A stretch of DNA of 63,306 nt, counting the filler, from Basidiobolus ranarum (lineage: Eukaryota): the NCBI GenBank assembly GCA_040143965.1. It is 31 parts of 31 records of this genome, joined end to end, with 100 filler letters (N's around TTAATTAATTAA, not from the genome) between each part and the next. Parts side by side here need not be neighbours in the genome. Positions count along the whole stretch, not along the records: positions 12,317 to 14,265 come from JASJQH010010905.1; positions 14,366 to 16,314 come from JASJQH010010906.1; positions 16,415 to 18,362 come from JASJQH010010907.1; positions 18,463 to 20,410 come from JASJQH010010908.1; positions 20,511 to 22,458 come from JASJQH010010909.1; positions 22,559 to 24,505 come from JASJQH010010910.1; positions 24,606 to 26,551 come from JASJQH010010911.1; 24 more parts are not named here. One strand, written 5' to 3'. Below, piece after piece: positions 12,317 to 25,734 of this stretch. Position numbers and translations under genes: made by a program. Under the pieces are notes generated by a model. The model was not told the DNA's origin, made no database searches, and saw only the letters and a program-made list of their open reading frames with translations. Each line of letters opens with the position of its first letter. Position 1 is the stretch's first letter.

Positions 12317-13465
12317 CTGAGAATGTGTGTAAGCTTCAGAAGTAATTTTATGGACTTAAACAATCACCCAGGGCCTGGTACACTAAGATAGACACATACT
12401 TGGAATCACTTGATTTCCAAACAAATATGGCAGATTTTTGGATCTACTTACCAACAGATAAGCACAGTAATGTGATACTTGCCTTATATGTAGATGATCT
12501 GATTATAGTTACCAATAATGATGAAGCTCTCAGGAGCACCAAAAGATATCTATCAGTCCAATTCAAGATGACTAAATTAGGTGAACTTATGTATTTTCTG
12601 GGCCTGCAGAGCCATATAGCTGAATCAATTTAAGTACATCTCAGACACTCTCAGACATTACCAGATGGAGAGTTGTAAGGCAGTAGCAACTCCCACGAAT
12701 CCAGGTGTGAAACTAGTCAAAAATCCCATCAAAAATGATCAAAATTGGCCAAATATGGCTCAAAATATGTCATTTGAAAGCCCTGATTTCCCTTATCAAT
12801 ATATGGCAGGTAGTTTGATCTATGCTAAGACTGGATCCTTAACAGATATCTCTTTTGCAGTGGGAGTAGTTAGCCAACTTGTGCAAAACCCTGGATCTGA
12901 GCATTATTCAGCAGTTAAGTGAATTTTCCAATATTTCAAGGAGACAATTGATCTGGGATTAAGAAACACATATTCTTATATGAATAAGGTTCTAATTGAG
13001 TTTAGTGATGCAGATTTGGGATGTGATATTGAGGACAGAAGATCTAGCCCTGGATATACCTTTCTCTATAGTGAAGCAGCCATATCTTGGAATAGCAAGA
13101 AACAACCCACCATGGCTCTTTCAACAACTGAAGCATAGTACATGGCAGCATCACATAAAACAAAGGAGGCTATGTGGTTAAGAAAGCTTTTCAAAGACTT
13201 GGGCTTTTTTCAAAGTTCACCCACCATAATTTTCAAGGATAATGAAAGTTGCAATTCTTTATCAAAAAATCCCAAATTTCATGCCAGAAGTAAGCACATT
13301 GACATACAACATCACTTTGTTAGAGGAGCTATTGAGAATAAGTATTTCTAATTAGAGTACTGTACAACTGAGGACATGATTGCTGAAATCCTTACCAAAC
13401 CATTACACAAGCCAAAACTTGAATATTTAAGATTTAAGTTAGGACTAAGATACATAAATATTTAG
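12317..13465 (+). pseudogene. Ty1/copia RT-RNase H, degenerate
   Basis: LYVDDLII, FSDADLG..IEDRRS and FHARSKHIDIQHHFVR motifs. Confidence 0.92.
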
Positions 13466-13476
13466 TTGCATGAGAG

Positions 13477-13550
13477 TGTTGAAGTTTTTTGTCTTTATCA
13501 TATTTGTTATCTTGATCTTTATACACCTAACTATTTCATATATCATATAT
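13477..13550 (+). mobile_element. Copia LTR family D 5' part, cut by a CACTA insertion
   Basis: Starts TGTTGAAG right after RNase H; matches 14556 onward. Confidence 0.75.
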
Positions 13551-14265
13551 CCCTAACAAAAATAAAGTCAATTTGATCTGGATTGGATCCACCCTCCAAA
13601 ATAGCAAAACCATCATAGAATTGTCACAATATTGGTGACTTGCATTCTGCCAGGGATTTTGATGGTGTGATGGCAGTTTCTTGACAGTATTTTGATGGTA
13701 TTCATGCATATTAAAATAATGATCCTCAAATTTGGCATGCATAATTTAATATCCAGCAATTTTTGCAAAAATATAATTTTCAAATGGCAAATTATTGCGT
13801 TTACTGCTGTAGGAATTGGAATTAATATGCATGCCTTTATTTAGATATTTAAGGCTTTGTATTCCAGCCATAATGACAATCAAAAAATACAAGAATCTTG
13901 TTGTGTTTAGTCTCTACATATGCACATACTTGACTGATTAGACATAACTCAACAACAGCAATATGCTTTACAAGCAAACTAATGGTTGAAAAAATGCTAA
14001 ACATCTGAAATTTTGAATAGCACTGACACTTGGCAAATAGCTGACTCTTGTTACCATTTACAATGAGAATAAGTTCATGGATTTTGGCAAATTTCCATAA
14101 AGAATTCAGCCAATATATCCCCAACTTGCAGTCAACAAATGTCCTGCCACAAGCAGATGTGTCATTGCTGGAATAGATTACCCCATGGCTAAAACAATAA
14201 TACTGCATATCTTGATCTATCTCACCAAGAAGTCTGTCTTGCAGCTTTCCTAAAAATACCATCAG
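13551..14265 (-). mobile_element. CACTA-like terminus A plus transposase-side 3' coding region
   Basis: TIR CCCTAACAAAAAT at 13551-13563; ORF 13849-14262(-) runs toward it. Confidence 0.75.
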
Positions 14266-14365
14266 NNNNNNNNNNNNNNNNNNNNNNNNNNNNNNNNNNN
14301 NNNNNNNNNTTAATTAATTAANNNNNNNNNNNNNNNNNNNNNNNNNNNNNNNNNNNNNNNNNNNN

Positions 14366-15300
14366 GAAGTAAGCACATTGATATTCAACATTACTTTGTT
14401 AGGGAAGCTATTAAGAATAAGCACATCCAACTGGAGTACTGTCCAACTGAGGACATGATTGCTGCCATCCTTACCAAACCATTACCCAATCGAAAATTTG
14501 AAGAATTAAGATTCAAGTTAGCATAAAGATATATGAATATATAGTTGAGTGGGAGTGTTGAAGTTTATTATCTTAATCATATTTGTTATCTCTATCCTTA
14601 TACACCCAACTATCTTATATATCACATCTAACTTAGTTAAGAATACTTATTCAAATATCACTTGACTGCAAATTGGAACATATATTATATATATATGTGA
14701 ATAATGTGAGTAATAGCAATTCCATATTGAAAATTTCACAATCATCCAAATTGCCACAAAGATAGCTCATTTTACTCCCACAGATATTCTGAACACAACC
14801 CCGGTGTTAGGTTTCTGTATTTCCACCCAAATAGATAAATGCTTCATATCTGGACAATTAATAATTATCACACCAAGCTATTCACAACTCCTCTTTTCTA
14901 AAGTTCCTCCAGACAACTCATAATTTAAGTTTGTTGTCTTTATCATATTTGTTATCTCTATCTTTATACACCTAACTATTTGATATATCATATATAAGTT
15001 AGTTAACATTACTTAGTCAAATATCACTTAGCGGAAAATTGTAACATATATTGTATATATGTGAATAATGTGAGAATCAGCAATTCCATATTGGAAATTT
15101 CAAACTTGTCCAAATTGCCCCAAAGATAGCTTATTTTACTCCCACAGATGTTCTGAACACAACCCCAGTGTTAGTTTTGGTTATTTTCTTCAAAAAGTAT
15201 AGATGCTTTATTTCTGGACAACAAACAATTATCTCACAAAGCTATTTGCAACTCCATTTTCCTAAAGTTCCTCCAATTGGCCCATATTTTCCCAGTAATC
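14366..15300 (+). mobile_element. Copia RNase H end, PPT and two tandem partial LTR-D copies (14556-, ~14925-)
   Basis: SKHIDIQHYFVRE...DMIAAILTKPL; GAGTGGGAG then TGTTGAAG; ~370-nt direct repeat. Confidence 0.85.
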
Positions 15301-15425
15301 TAATTGATATTTTGATCTCTTAGAGCAATAAGTGCACTTTCTGAATGGCAGATTTGAATGCTAAATAAGCTGAATATTAATAAACCAACTGCTAAATAAT
15401 GAGTTGCTATTTACCTTATTTTAAC

Positions 15426-16314
15426 AGATTTCATCACAGATGCACTCCATTGGGAAATCCCAGAATATGTAGCAAGGGCCTATTATCTCTAAGCATTGTG
15501 AAAGATGCAGCAGCAAATAATTTGTATACCAGTATAGTTCAGTCTATCATCTCCAAGCCTGTAATAAAACTTTGGATATCTAATTACAAAATCTTCACAC
15601 AGTTGCCGTATCTGCCAGCTATCTGCCAAGGTGAGTTGAGGCTCTAAGAATATATTGAAAATATCACACAAACAGCTCCCAATGTTGGCAATACTTCTCA
15701 GGTGGAAATCTTTTAAAGATTCCACTTGAATGTGTGCAAGTCCAATACTTCCAGTCTTTGCAATTGAATCAATGCTTTGATGAATGGATATTGATGGGAG
15801 TCCTGATGAAATATGATAGTATCTTGACATTTTTAAGCATTTTCCCAATCATTCCAAACTTTGATCCTTTCTTACAAGGCTCCTTCATAGTGAAGTTTCC
15901 ATAGCATTTCTGAGTAAGTAGTATTTGAATATTATTGAATAGTAAGTGCATAGTGCCCAATGGGAAGCTCTGGCTCTAGCTGATCCCAATTTGCATTATA
16001 ATCTTAGGCTTACAGCTAATACCATGTTTGATGTTAGGCTATTTGGTGAATTGATATCAGTGATCATTTTGAAATCTGACCAGGCTCATGATGGTAAAAT
16101 CATGGGGTTTAGTTTTGTATTTGGATAGTAGTAATGCATATGCCTGATAGATCAAACCCCATTGACTTGACAAAATCTACAGCAAGATATTGCATTGTGC
16201 CCATAAAAACCTCCAACTTTACTGTTGGCTGGAGTGTCACCAATACATACAATGATATTAGCTATAATAAAATATTCACCCATCTGAACCCCATTAGATA
16301 ACCATTCAAATTCC
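15426..16314 (-). pseudogene. CACTA/EnSpm transposase fragment
   Basis: IIVCIGDTPA..KVGGF.GHNAISCCRFC and MHLLFNNI motifs; homologous to 1030-1670. Confidence 0.8.
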
Positions 16315-16414
16315 NNNNNNNNNNNNNNNNNNNNNNNNNNNNNNNNNNNNNNNNNNNNTTAATTAATTAANNNNNNNNNNNNNNNNNNNNNNNNNNNNNN
16401 NNNNNNNNNNNNNN

Positions 16415-16582
16415 TGGGAAGCGACGAGCATATCCAGCGCAAGAACCAGCATTGTCATCGAAGCTTTGTTTACCACTGTTGAATCTCCAGTCCATGCAGT
16501 CTACCCAGGAGTGAGCATCATTGAGAGAAGGCATGACCATGACAGCAGCCACAGAAGCAAGGAAGAATTTAGCGTTGACCAT
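16415..16582 (-). CDS. Secreted protein, 5' part, copy 1 (signal peptide then His-Ser-Trp)
   Basis: MVNAKFFLASVAAVMVMPSLNDA|HSWVDCMDW...; truncated by contig end. Confidence 0.8.
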
Positions 16583-17035
16583 GTTTGAAATATAAAGTGA
16601 AAGTAGTAAAACTAGTAATCAGGAACGAAATGAATCGGTGAAACGAAATGGAATAGAAATATAGTATAGTTCGAATGAGAATATGGTTGACCAGCGACCT
16701 ATTCTTTTACAGAGAGTGCCAATACTAAAAGTGAATGAAGAATATTTGATACCTTGAGATTTCTTTTATATATTCTAATGGGTCGTACCTCAAGGTCGGG
16801 TTCCTTCACGGTTACTCTTTCATCAATGGATCGAGAGGCGACATCAATAAATGAAATTGTTAAGGTATCTATGAAAAAGAGACCATTTTTGGTACCGGTT
16901 GGCACATATTAAAAATTGTACTACATTTCCATACCAGATGTGAATATTCCAAGTTTCACTTAGTGACGAGCAGTAGCCAAGTCACATGGAGTGAATTCAT
17001 TCATATAGGAATTTTAAAGGGTGGTTGTTCCGTAA

Positions 17036-17141
17036 AGCAGATTACTATGGTTATTCTATAAAGATTACTAAGGTGGTTCTACAAAGATTGCTAAGGTGGT
17101 TCTACCAAGATTGCTAAGGTGATTCTATAAAGATTACTACG
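17036..17141. repeat. Minisatellite, 23-nt unit AAAGATTRCTAAGGTGGTTCTAC, about 4.5 copies
   Basis: Read directly; lies in the intergenic region between the divergent gene pair. Confidence 0.85.
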
Positions 17142-18194
17142 ATCACCAAGTGATGATAACTTTTAATGATCACAAAGATTCAATGTGCGAAATACCAAGA
17201 CTAAGAGATCTTTGGAATACACTAATTAGATACAAATTTTGGGGATTTCCCAAGACGATTGGTTGATGTTGCAAATCAAATTGAGTATCCTGATATGGAA
17301 GAGTGATAGATTTCTTTCTACTCACTTTCCTTCACACGCAAATTTTCATCCCTAAATAACCACTATGTACGGCGAAATCCTCCTTTCAATCGAGAATAAG
17401 CTTACAGCAGATAAAAGCGCGTTTATAATTTACCATTTCCAGTGGTTCATGTACAGAGTATAGAGGGGTGAGGTTGAAAAATGGCGCATCTATTGTCTCA
17501 CAAAAGATCGAGGCCCGATTGTTAATAGAGTTATTTAGGCCTTAATTGGAAGAATTCATTAAATAGCATCGTACACATTTAATGATTTCAACACATCTCT
17601 TTATAGCAGATAGATCAAGTCCTTCAATCTCAACTCTGGTTCATGGCCCACGCAAAATAAAAGGCCTTCATGTGTTACAGTTACCACAAGTGGAATCGAC
17701 ATTTAAGGATCAGAAATAAAGAAATGTGGGATACTTAAGAGTTGATTGGACTGTAGACCTGCTTAACTCAAGGGTCATAATAGCTGGTTAAAACCTTGTG
17801 TGATGAAGGGTTATACAAATGGTCGCCAAGGTGTGACCTAGATTGATAATTTGGTATCGAATTTACAAGCCTTCTTTCATGGGGAGATGATACAAAATCA
17901 TACCTATTCATGGCACCTGTTGTACTTTCAAAGTTTCCATTACAGATTCTATATCAACTACATATTCCAGAAGTGGATATGTTATAACATGTAATGAATC
18001 GAAACCATATATATATGGTGTATCCTTCCCACTTTCAAACTCATTCACTACACGAAGGAATTTGGTCGCAGGTCAACCATATTCTATCTTAAGCTATACT
18101 AACACTCATTCTTTAGTACTTCTACGCATTTCATTGCACTGATTCATTTCGTTCCTGATTACTAGTTTTACTACTTTCACTTTATATTTCAAAC

Positions 18195-18362
18195 ATGGTC
18201 AACGCTAAATTCTTCCTTGCTTCTGTGGCTGCTGTCATGGTCATGCCCTCCCTCAATGATGCTCACTCCTGGGTAGACTGCATGGACTGGAGATTCAACA
18301 GTGGTAAACAAAGCTTCGATGACAATGCTGGTTCTTGCGCTGGATATGCTCGTCGCTTCCCA
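18195..18362 (+). CDS. Secreted protein, 5' part, copy 2
   Basis: Same 56 aa as 16415-16582; two synonymous differences seen. Confidence 0.8.
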
Positions 18363-18462
18363 NNNNNNNNNNNNNNNNNNNNNNNNNNNNNNNNNNNNNN
18401 NNNNNNTTAATTAATTAANNNNNNNNNNNNNNNNNNNNNNNNNNNNNNNNNNNNNNNNNNNN

Positions 18463-18763
18463 AAAATATCTAAATAAAGGCATGCATATTAATTCAAATT
18501 CCTACAGCAGTAAACCCAGTAATTTGCCATTCGAAAATTATATTTTTGCAAAAATTGCTGGTTATTGAATAACACATGCCAAATTTGAGGATCAATATTT
18601 TAACATGTATGAATACCGTTAAAATACCATCAAGAAACCACTGTCACACCATCAAAATCCCTGGCAGAATGCAAGCCAGCAATATTGTGACGGTTCTCTG
18701 ACAGTTTTGCTATTTTGGAGGGTGGATCCGATCCGGATCAAAACAAATTTATTTTTGTTAGGG
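18463..18763 (+). mobile_element. CACTA-like terminus A (TIR 18751-18763)
   Basis: Ends ATTTTTGTTAGGG; subterminal CCGTCA-type motifs. Confidence 0.8.
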
Positions 18764-20410
18764 ATCTGATTTGAGCCATTTTTAGTCAAGTTAAGATTTG
18801 TCTCCATTGTGGTATATATTGGATTACATTTTTCCATTTTAAACTTCTTTAGTATTTCTAGGATATACTTAGACTAGTTTAAAGTTATTGTTTTGGTACT
18901 TATATTTATCTTAATTTGGATTCCAGGAAAGTACATTAGTTCACCAAGATCAGTAATTTTGAAATTGGCAGATAAGCTGGATTTGGTTTTCTGCAAAGTC
19001 TTCAAGTTATTGGTTGCTACAGTAAGGTCATCTACATGTAAGGCTAATAAGACTGAGTTTGTCTTATCTGGCCTGAAGTAGGTACCATAGTCAGCATTAC
19101 TCTTTTGGAATTTGACTGTTTCCAACATAGCATCTATCTTGCTATTCCAAGCTCTTGGAGATTGTTTTAAGCTATAGAGTGTTTTCTGGAGTCTGCAAAC
19201 TTTTTTAGGGCTTGCTGTGCCCACAAGTCTGTCTGGCTGGTCCATATAGATCTTCTTGGCAAGCTCACTATTCAAAAAAGTAGTTTTAGCATCAATTTCA
19301 TTTATAATAAACAGATATTTAGCTGAAGTTGCTAAAATCAATCCAATTGAATTAAACTTTGCTACAGGAGCAAAAGTTTCCATACAATCTATTCCTGGTA
19401 TTTGGGAATAGCCTTTGGCTACTAGTCCAGCCTTGTACCTTTCTATATTGTCATCAGAGTTGTATTTAATTTTAAATGCCCATTGGCAGCCAATTGATTT
19501 GCAATCATCAGGTAAATTGGTTAAAATCCAAGTTTGATTATCAATCACAGACTCTTACTCATCAGCCATTGCAGATCTCCAAGATTTCATGTGGGGCCAT
19601 TCAGGGCCCCTTTTACAGTCTGGGGCTCACTTGTTTGAGCTGTGTAGGCACAGGCCCAATTTTGGGACTCATTGATATAGTAATAAGGGCTATTTCTAAT
19701 CCGATGTGATCTCCGGGTTTGGGATAAAGGAACTATAACTTCTGGCATTGTATTGGGCACTTCCTTAGGCAAAATTTTTGCTGAGGGGTCCACAGGTATG
19801 CTACTTTCTTCATTGTTTTGGTTTGAATCAATGTGGATGATTGGATCAGGAGAAAATTGATTGTTGTCATCATCTGAGGTCATTTTGGGTGAAGATTTTT
19901 CATTTTTATCAAACATAACATCTCTGGACTTCATTAACTTGAGAATTTTGGTATCATAGAGTCTGTAGGCCTTAGTTTGAGTACAATAACTCAGAACTAT
20001 GCATTTCTTACTTTTTGGAGCAAATTTATATCAATTTTTGGTCATAATTTTGACATAATCAATGCATCCAAAGATCCTCAAATGTTTTACATCACGTTTT
20101 ACATCAGGTTTTAATCCAAATAAAGCTTGATATGGTGTAGAGTTAGACAGATCTCTAGTAAAACTCCTATTCTTCAGATATATAGCTGTAGCAACAGATT
20201 CTGCCCAAAAGCTATGAGATAAATTTTGTGCATTTATCATAGATCTTGCCATTTCTATCATAGTCCTGTTAGCTCTTTCAGCAACTCCATTTTGTTGAGG
20301 TGAATAAGGGGCAGTAGTTTCATGCTTAATTCCATGAACTTTGCAAAAGTGCTTAAATAGTGTTAAAGTATATTCCCCACCATTATCAGTATGTATTTTT
20401 TTGATTTTAG
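18764..20410 (-). pseudogene. Ty1/copia integrase-RT, degenerate
   Basis: TDNGGEY, PQQNGVAERAN, RYKAGLVAKGYSQIPGID, LKQSPRAW, LHVDDL. Confidence 0.93.
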
Positions 20411-20510
20411 NNNNNNNNNNNNNNNNNNNNNNNNNNNNNNNNNNNNNNNNNNNNTTAATTAATTAANNNNNNNNNNNNNNNNNNNNNNNNNNNNNNNNNN
20501 NNNNNNNNNN

Positions 20511-21094
20511 AAAGACTGCAGGGGCATTGGTAAGTCCAAATGGCAGGACATTGTATTCAAAGTGTCCATAGACAGTTTGAAAGGCAGTTTTCCACTAGCC
20601 TGTTGGTTAGATTCTTACAAGATTGTAAGCACCCCTTGAATCAATCCTTGTAAATACCTTTGCTGAAGCAAGCTGATGCAAGAGTGAGTTGATTAATGGC
20701 AAAGGGTACCAATTTTTGACTGTGATGCTATTTATGCCTCAATAATCAACACAGAGATGGAGGGATCCATCCTTTTTCTTAACAAATGAGATTGGAAAGC
20801 CTGCTGGGGACTTTGGATGTTGGATAAATCCTTTCACCAGATTTTCTGCAATGTACTCTTTCAGAATGTTGAGTTCTGACTGAGTCAGTTGATAGATAGG
20901 CCTAAAAGGTGTTTTTTTACCTTCTTGTAGCTCTGTAGAACAATCATATGGGTGAAGAGCCAGGAGTATATCAGATTTCTTCTTGTCAAAAACATCAGCA
21001 AAGGCCAAGTATTTGGGTGGGAGCTTATGCACCATAGGTTTTGTTAGTTTCAGCTTTTTAGCAGCACTGTCCATGTATATTGGCTTCATATATA
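20511..21094 (-). pseudogene. Ty3/gypsy RT N-terminal half
   Basis: FADVFDK, KGFIQHPKSPAG..FVKKKDGSLHLCVDY, YGHFEYNVLPFGLTNAPAVF. Confidence 0.92.
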
Positions 21095-22458
21095 CCCTAA
21101 CGGAAATTTGAGGATTGTTATTGTAGGAAAACCATAACAGTTTTAATCTATTTGCAATTGACCATTTACTTAGTATCATAAAATTATTCAATTTTATCAG
21201 TTTCAGGAGTGAAATTTCAAGATCTCACAAAATAGTTGCATATGATTGGCTACAATCTCAGAGAACTATGGATAAACACATTTGCAAAAAATGTAACTCA
21301 AATTTTTCACAATTACCACTTGAATGCTAATTTGTCACCTTCAAAATCCCTAGTCTCTTTGATATATTCTCCTGAATATGTTTATAGAGTTCTTCATACC
21401 CAAGGTTTAGCTCATAACCAACACAAGTTTGTCTCAATATCTCCATCTAAGCCCACCATTGTATTAATGTTGCTGAATCAACATGCTTCAAGCTATCTGG
21501 CATATACCCTGTGATATTGTGCTACACTGTATTAAGTTCTGCCCAGATATCTGCACAGTAAACACCAGGCTGAATGTCAAGTTGCATGTTCTTCTTCTGA
21601 AGCCACTTTCTGCATACTACGCCATGTGAAATAAGTCAAGAGCATTCAGGATAACACCTGGTTTTTGGTTTTTCCACAATTGGCTCAAATCCAGGTGATT
21701 TTGGGCAAGATTCTGCAAAGTTTCCAAAATGTTAAACCACTCATCATCAGAGCAAGTGATGGCAGCTCTGATATTCAGAGTCTTTTGGTTTGCTGGTTTT
21801 CCTATGAGATTTCTACTTTTGTGTGCCCAAGTAATTTGGGTTGTTGTTTATGCTTAATGGTCCAACACATATTCTGCTCTGCTAGATTGTCACAGTAACA
21901 TTCATATATATGGTGTGGGATTGATTGAAATCCCATATGGCATAGACAGAGGGAGCAGCATGTTGCTGTAGCTCAAGCACAGCATTTTGAAGGTCTTGTA
22001 TCATTATTGAGTGTCTCTCTAACTGTTGACTAGTTGCTTCCAAATGCTGCATTAATTGCAATGTTGCGGCATTATTGCTTTTCATGGCCTGTATAGCAAC
22101 TTCATAGTTTTTACTTATGGGTGCATACAAATCATTACAGTATTCTGCTTGCAATTCCCTTATTGCAATAATTCTATCCAAACTTTTTACAGAGGGTTGC
22201 TCAATAGTGGGCAAAGTAGCCATTTTAGAAGTTGATGGTCTTGACCATGTTTTGGTTGAACTTTGCTCAACTATTTACTTACCACATAATTGGGGGATTA
22301 CAATCTCTTCTCTTGCACTATTGCTGGAAAGGAACACATCTGGTAAGTTGATTAATGCTTCATCATTACTTGAGTTAGTTTCCAGCATGTTAATGCCTTC
22401 CAAAGTGGATAGTGGATTGCTAGACTGCTCATCAATTAAGTCCTCTGTTCTTGCTGGT
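21095..22458 (-). mobile_element. CACTA-like terminus B (TIR CCCTAACGGAAAT) and internally deleted ORF2
   Basis: Terminus B and ORF2 lie in one contig with the same polarity. Confidence 0.8.
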
Positions 22459-22769
22459 NNNNNNNNNNNNNNNNNNNNNNNNNNNNNNNNNNNNNNNNNN
22501 NNTTAATTAATTAANNNNNNNNNNNNNNNNNNNNNNNNNNNNNNNNNNNNNNNNNNNNTGGTAAATTGTGGTGATTTGGAACACGAGTTACTAGTAAATT
22601 ATAGTGATTTTTATCTAATAATCTATAACTTGTAATAAAAAATGGCATTAACGAGTGATCTTTTAATCCATGTTTATTTTACGAGTGATCTAAATTACAT
22701 TGGTGAATGAGATGTGAGAATAGAGAGCTGAGGTAGTTGGGGAGGGGTGAGGGGTGAATGTATGGCCTT

Positions 22770-24505
22770 CTAATTATTTGACTCCGTTGCTTGGTCCAGA
22801 TGCCTTTTAACTTCATCGTATCTATCTTGATCTTCTAAAGACTCATAAACCTGTGCTAATGTACTATAGGTACTCTCGTTAGGCACAACCTTGCGCTCTA
22901 ACATTTCTTTATAAATCTGGTCAACCAGCTCCGGGTTCCTCTGCATTCTACCGGCACTCGCGATGACCAAATTATAGTGATATGCCTCCGGATGTGGTAT
23001 AGAATTTAGAACTTCTCGGGATCTAGCAAAATCGTACGGCTCTAAGAAAGAATATGCCTGTATGAGCAGCTTATAAGTATATCCGTTTGGTATAACCTTG
23101 GCCTTCAGAAGATCTTGATAACACTGAGCAACCTTGGTTTGGTCTTTTTGATTCATATGGTAAGTCATCAGGGTGTTGAAGGGAATTGGACTTAGCTTGC
23201 AATTCTTGTCACCAAGCATTTCTACATAATATTGTTGTGCTAAGGTGGAATTGTTTATGCTCAGTGATTTGTTGATCAAGGTGTTGTACGTTAACTCTGT
23301 AGGTTGGATTTGATAATGCTTCATTTCCAAGTATATGTCCGCTACCAAAGAAAGATCCGCCTTGTATGCGATCTTACTCCACAAAGCTCTATAAAAGTCG
23401 TGTGTAAGACGAAGTCCACGCATCTTCAACTGCTCGTAGGCATCCAATGCTATCTTTGGGGCGTCCGCGTTGTGCAACAGGAAAATATACTGCGCACATA
23501 CATTGGCGCTAGGAAATTCACCCATCTTAATGATAGCCTCGTAGTACTCTTGAGCCTTGGGTAGATTCTTACGAGTAGCATACGCATACAACATAGAGTT
23601 GGTAGGGAAGAGTCTGGCTTTACTGCGCTCCTGCGCATCCTTAATCCTCTGACACGTCCTGTCAGATAATTTGAGAATCTTCTCTGCATCCTCCAACCTG
23701 TTTTCGATTCCAAGTCGCTCAATCAACTCGGCAAATGCTTGAGGTGTCAATTGAATCTCTGTCTCGATGGCCTTTTTAACTAAGGATTCGGCAATTGGCA
23801 GGCCTTTAGATTCACCACACTTCTCGACAATATCGGATGATATTTGCAAAGATACTTCCACTTTCTTCAACGCGTGTAACACCTTCTCAGCGATTGAACT
23901 ATGCTGAGCAGACAGTAACTCTTGCTTCCATAGCGTTTTGGCACCACTGGACTTTATGCCGAACAGTGCATCGCCAATGCTTTCATACAAGCTGGTGTCA
24001 ATACTATCTATTTGCTTTGAATTTTGACTCGCGAGTGCTTCGATTTCTTTCAAAGATTCAGGATCTCCATCGCTAGCAATGATGAACGATGCAGCTATAT
24101 AGCCGTAAACATCAGGACTGACTTGGATATCGGAGGTTTGTCTGTAAGAATCCACAACCATTGAAGAGATATTTTCATTTGGACGCACGTCATATTTTAA
24201 CAGGGTTGTAATTGCACTCAAAACAAAGTTCGAGTCCCCTTTTTGTGTTCGAAATACAAACCCTGCAAATTCTTGTGCCTCTCTGGGAGACCTACATTCT
24301 TTGCACAGCATTTGGATTAACATCTCAAAAGCCTCCACGCTTTTTGGTCGATCTCCAAGTTCTGCGAATCTCTCCATACTTCTCTCACAAAATTCCAATT
24401 TTGGCTTGAATCCTAGATCTCTCATCTCTTGAAGGACTTGGATCCAGGGTTCGATGTCTCCGTTTTTCAATGATAGTTTAGCGAAGCTCTCCAGCACTGA
24501 GTATC
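22770..24505 (-). CDS. Pentatricopeptide-repeat protein, C-terminal ~575 aa (probably mitochondrial RNA factor)
   Basis: Long open frame with ~35-aa PPR motifs (PTELTYNTLIN, PNGYTYKLLIQAY, PNESTYSTL); 5' end truncated; CpG retained. Confidence 0.92.
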
Positions 24506-24605
24506 NNNNNNNNNNNNNNNNNNNNNNNNNNNNNNNNNNNNNNNNNNNNTTAATTAATTAANNNNNNNNNNNNNNNNNNNNNNNNNNNNNNNNNNNNNNN
24601 NNNNN

Positions 24606-25734
24606 CCTGTAGCAACACCAATGGATCCCAATGTGAAATTAATTAAAATTTCATCCAATTTGGCCCAAAATGACTCAAATCAAAGCCAGGAGTTCCCTTA
24701 TCAATCCATGGTTGGTAGTTAAATGTATACAATGGTTGGAACACATCCAAACATTGCTGTGGCAGTGGAACCTGTCAGCGAATACCTCAAAAATCCAGGA
24801 TCTGAGCACAAAACTGCAGTAAAACAAATATTCAGGTATTTGAGAGGAACTGTAGACCTAGTTTTGGAATACTCTTCCACTCCTGATGCACAAATTTTGA
24901 AGGCTACAGTGATGCATACTGGGCAAGAAACCTTGATGATAAAAGATCAACAACTGGATACACTTTGCTCTATGGAAATGGAGCCATAACTTGGAATAGT
25001 AAGAAGCAACCAACCGCAGCACTTTCCACTACAGAAGCAAAGTATATGGCTGCCTCTGCTACAACAAAAGAAGCTATGTAGTTAAGGAAGTTATTTACAG
25101 ACTGAGGATACATGCAAAAATGTGCTATTACTGTATTTGAAGATAATCAAATTTGTATTTCATTAGCCAAAAATCCTACATTTCATGCTAGAACAAAACA
25201 TATAGATATTAGGCATCATATTGATAGATAGTAATAGAGAATGATATAATTGAATTTGTTCATTGCCCTACTGAAGAAATGATAGCTGATATCTTAACCA
25301 AACCTTTAGCTAAAGCACAATTTGAATTATTAAGATATAAGTTAGGTTTAAGAGAAATACAAAATAATTAGTTGAGTGGGAATGTTGAAATTAGGTAAAT
25401 AGCAACTCATTATTTAGTAGTTAGTTTATTCATATTCTGATTATTTAGCACTCAATTCTGTTATTCAAAAACATGTGTTTATTGCTCTAATTGATAGAAA
25501 TATCAATTAGATCACTTTTACAAATTTTCACTATTTTCTCAAAACTTCTCCAAATCTCCTCAAATTTTCATCCATGCTTAACAGGCATGTTTGTTATGAT
25601 CTAAGCATGTCCAATAGAGCTATTTCATAGTAAACTAGAAATACGACACATTCAATTCAATAAAACTTAAGTGTCTAATTCACAAATCCAAATCTTGTCC
25701 AAAACACTTCCAAACCCCCTAAACACTTTTATTA
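24606..25734 (+). mobile_element. Copia RT-RNase H end, PPT and 3' LTR family E (25383-25734)
   Basis: WNSKKQPT.ALSTTEA, FHARTKHIDIRHH, ADILTKPL; GAGTGGGAA then TGTTGAAA. Confidence 0.9.

Noticed and set aside
13536-13742. Small ORFs in the CACTA subterminal and LTR-C repeats (e.g. MHAKFED..., MKTCPKG..., MKIFQTC...)
   Set aside because: Frames are not conserved among copies; these are non-coding terminal sequences.
23304-24409. Short ORFs overlapping the PPR gene
   Set aside because: Alternative-frame or antisense shadows of a clear 575-aa CDS.
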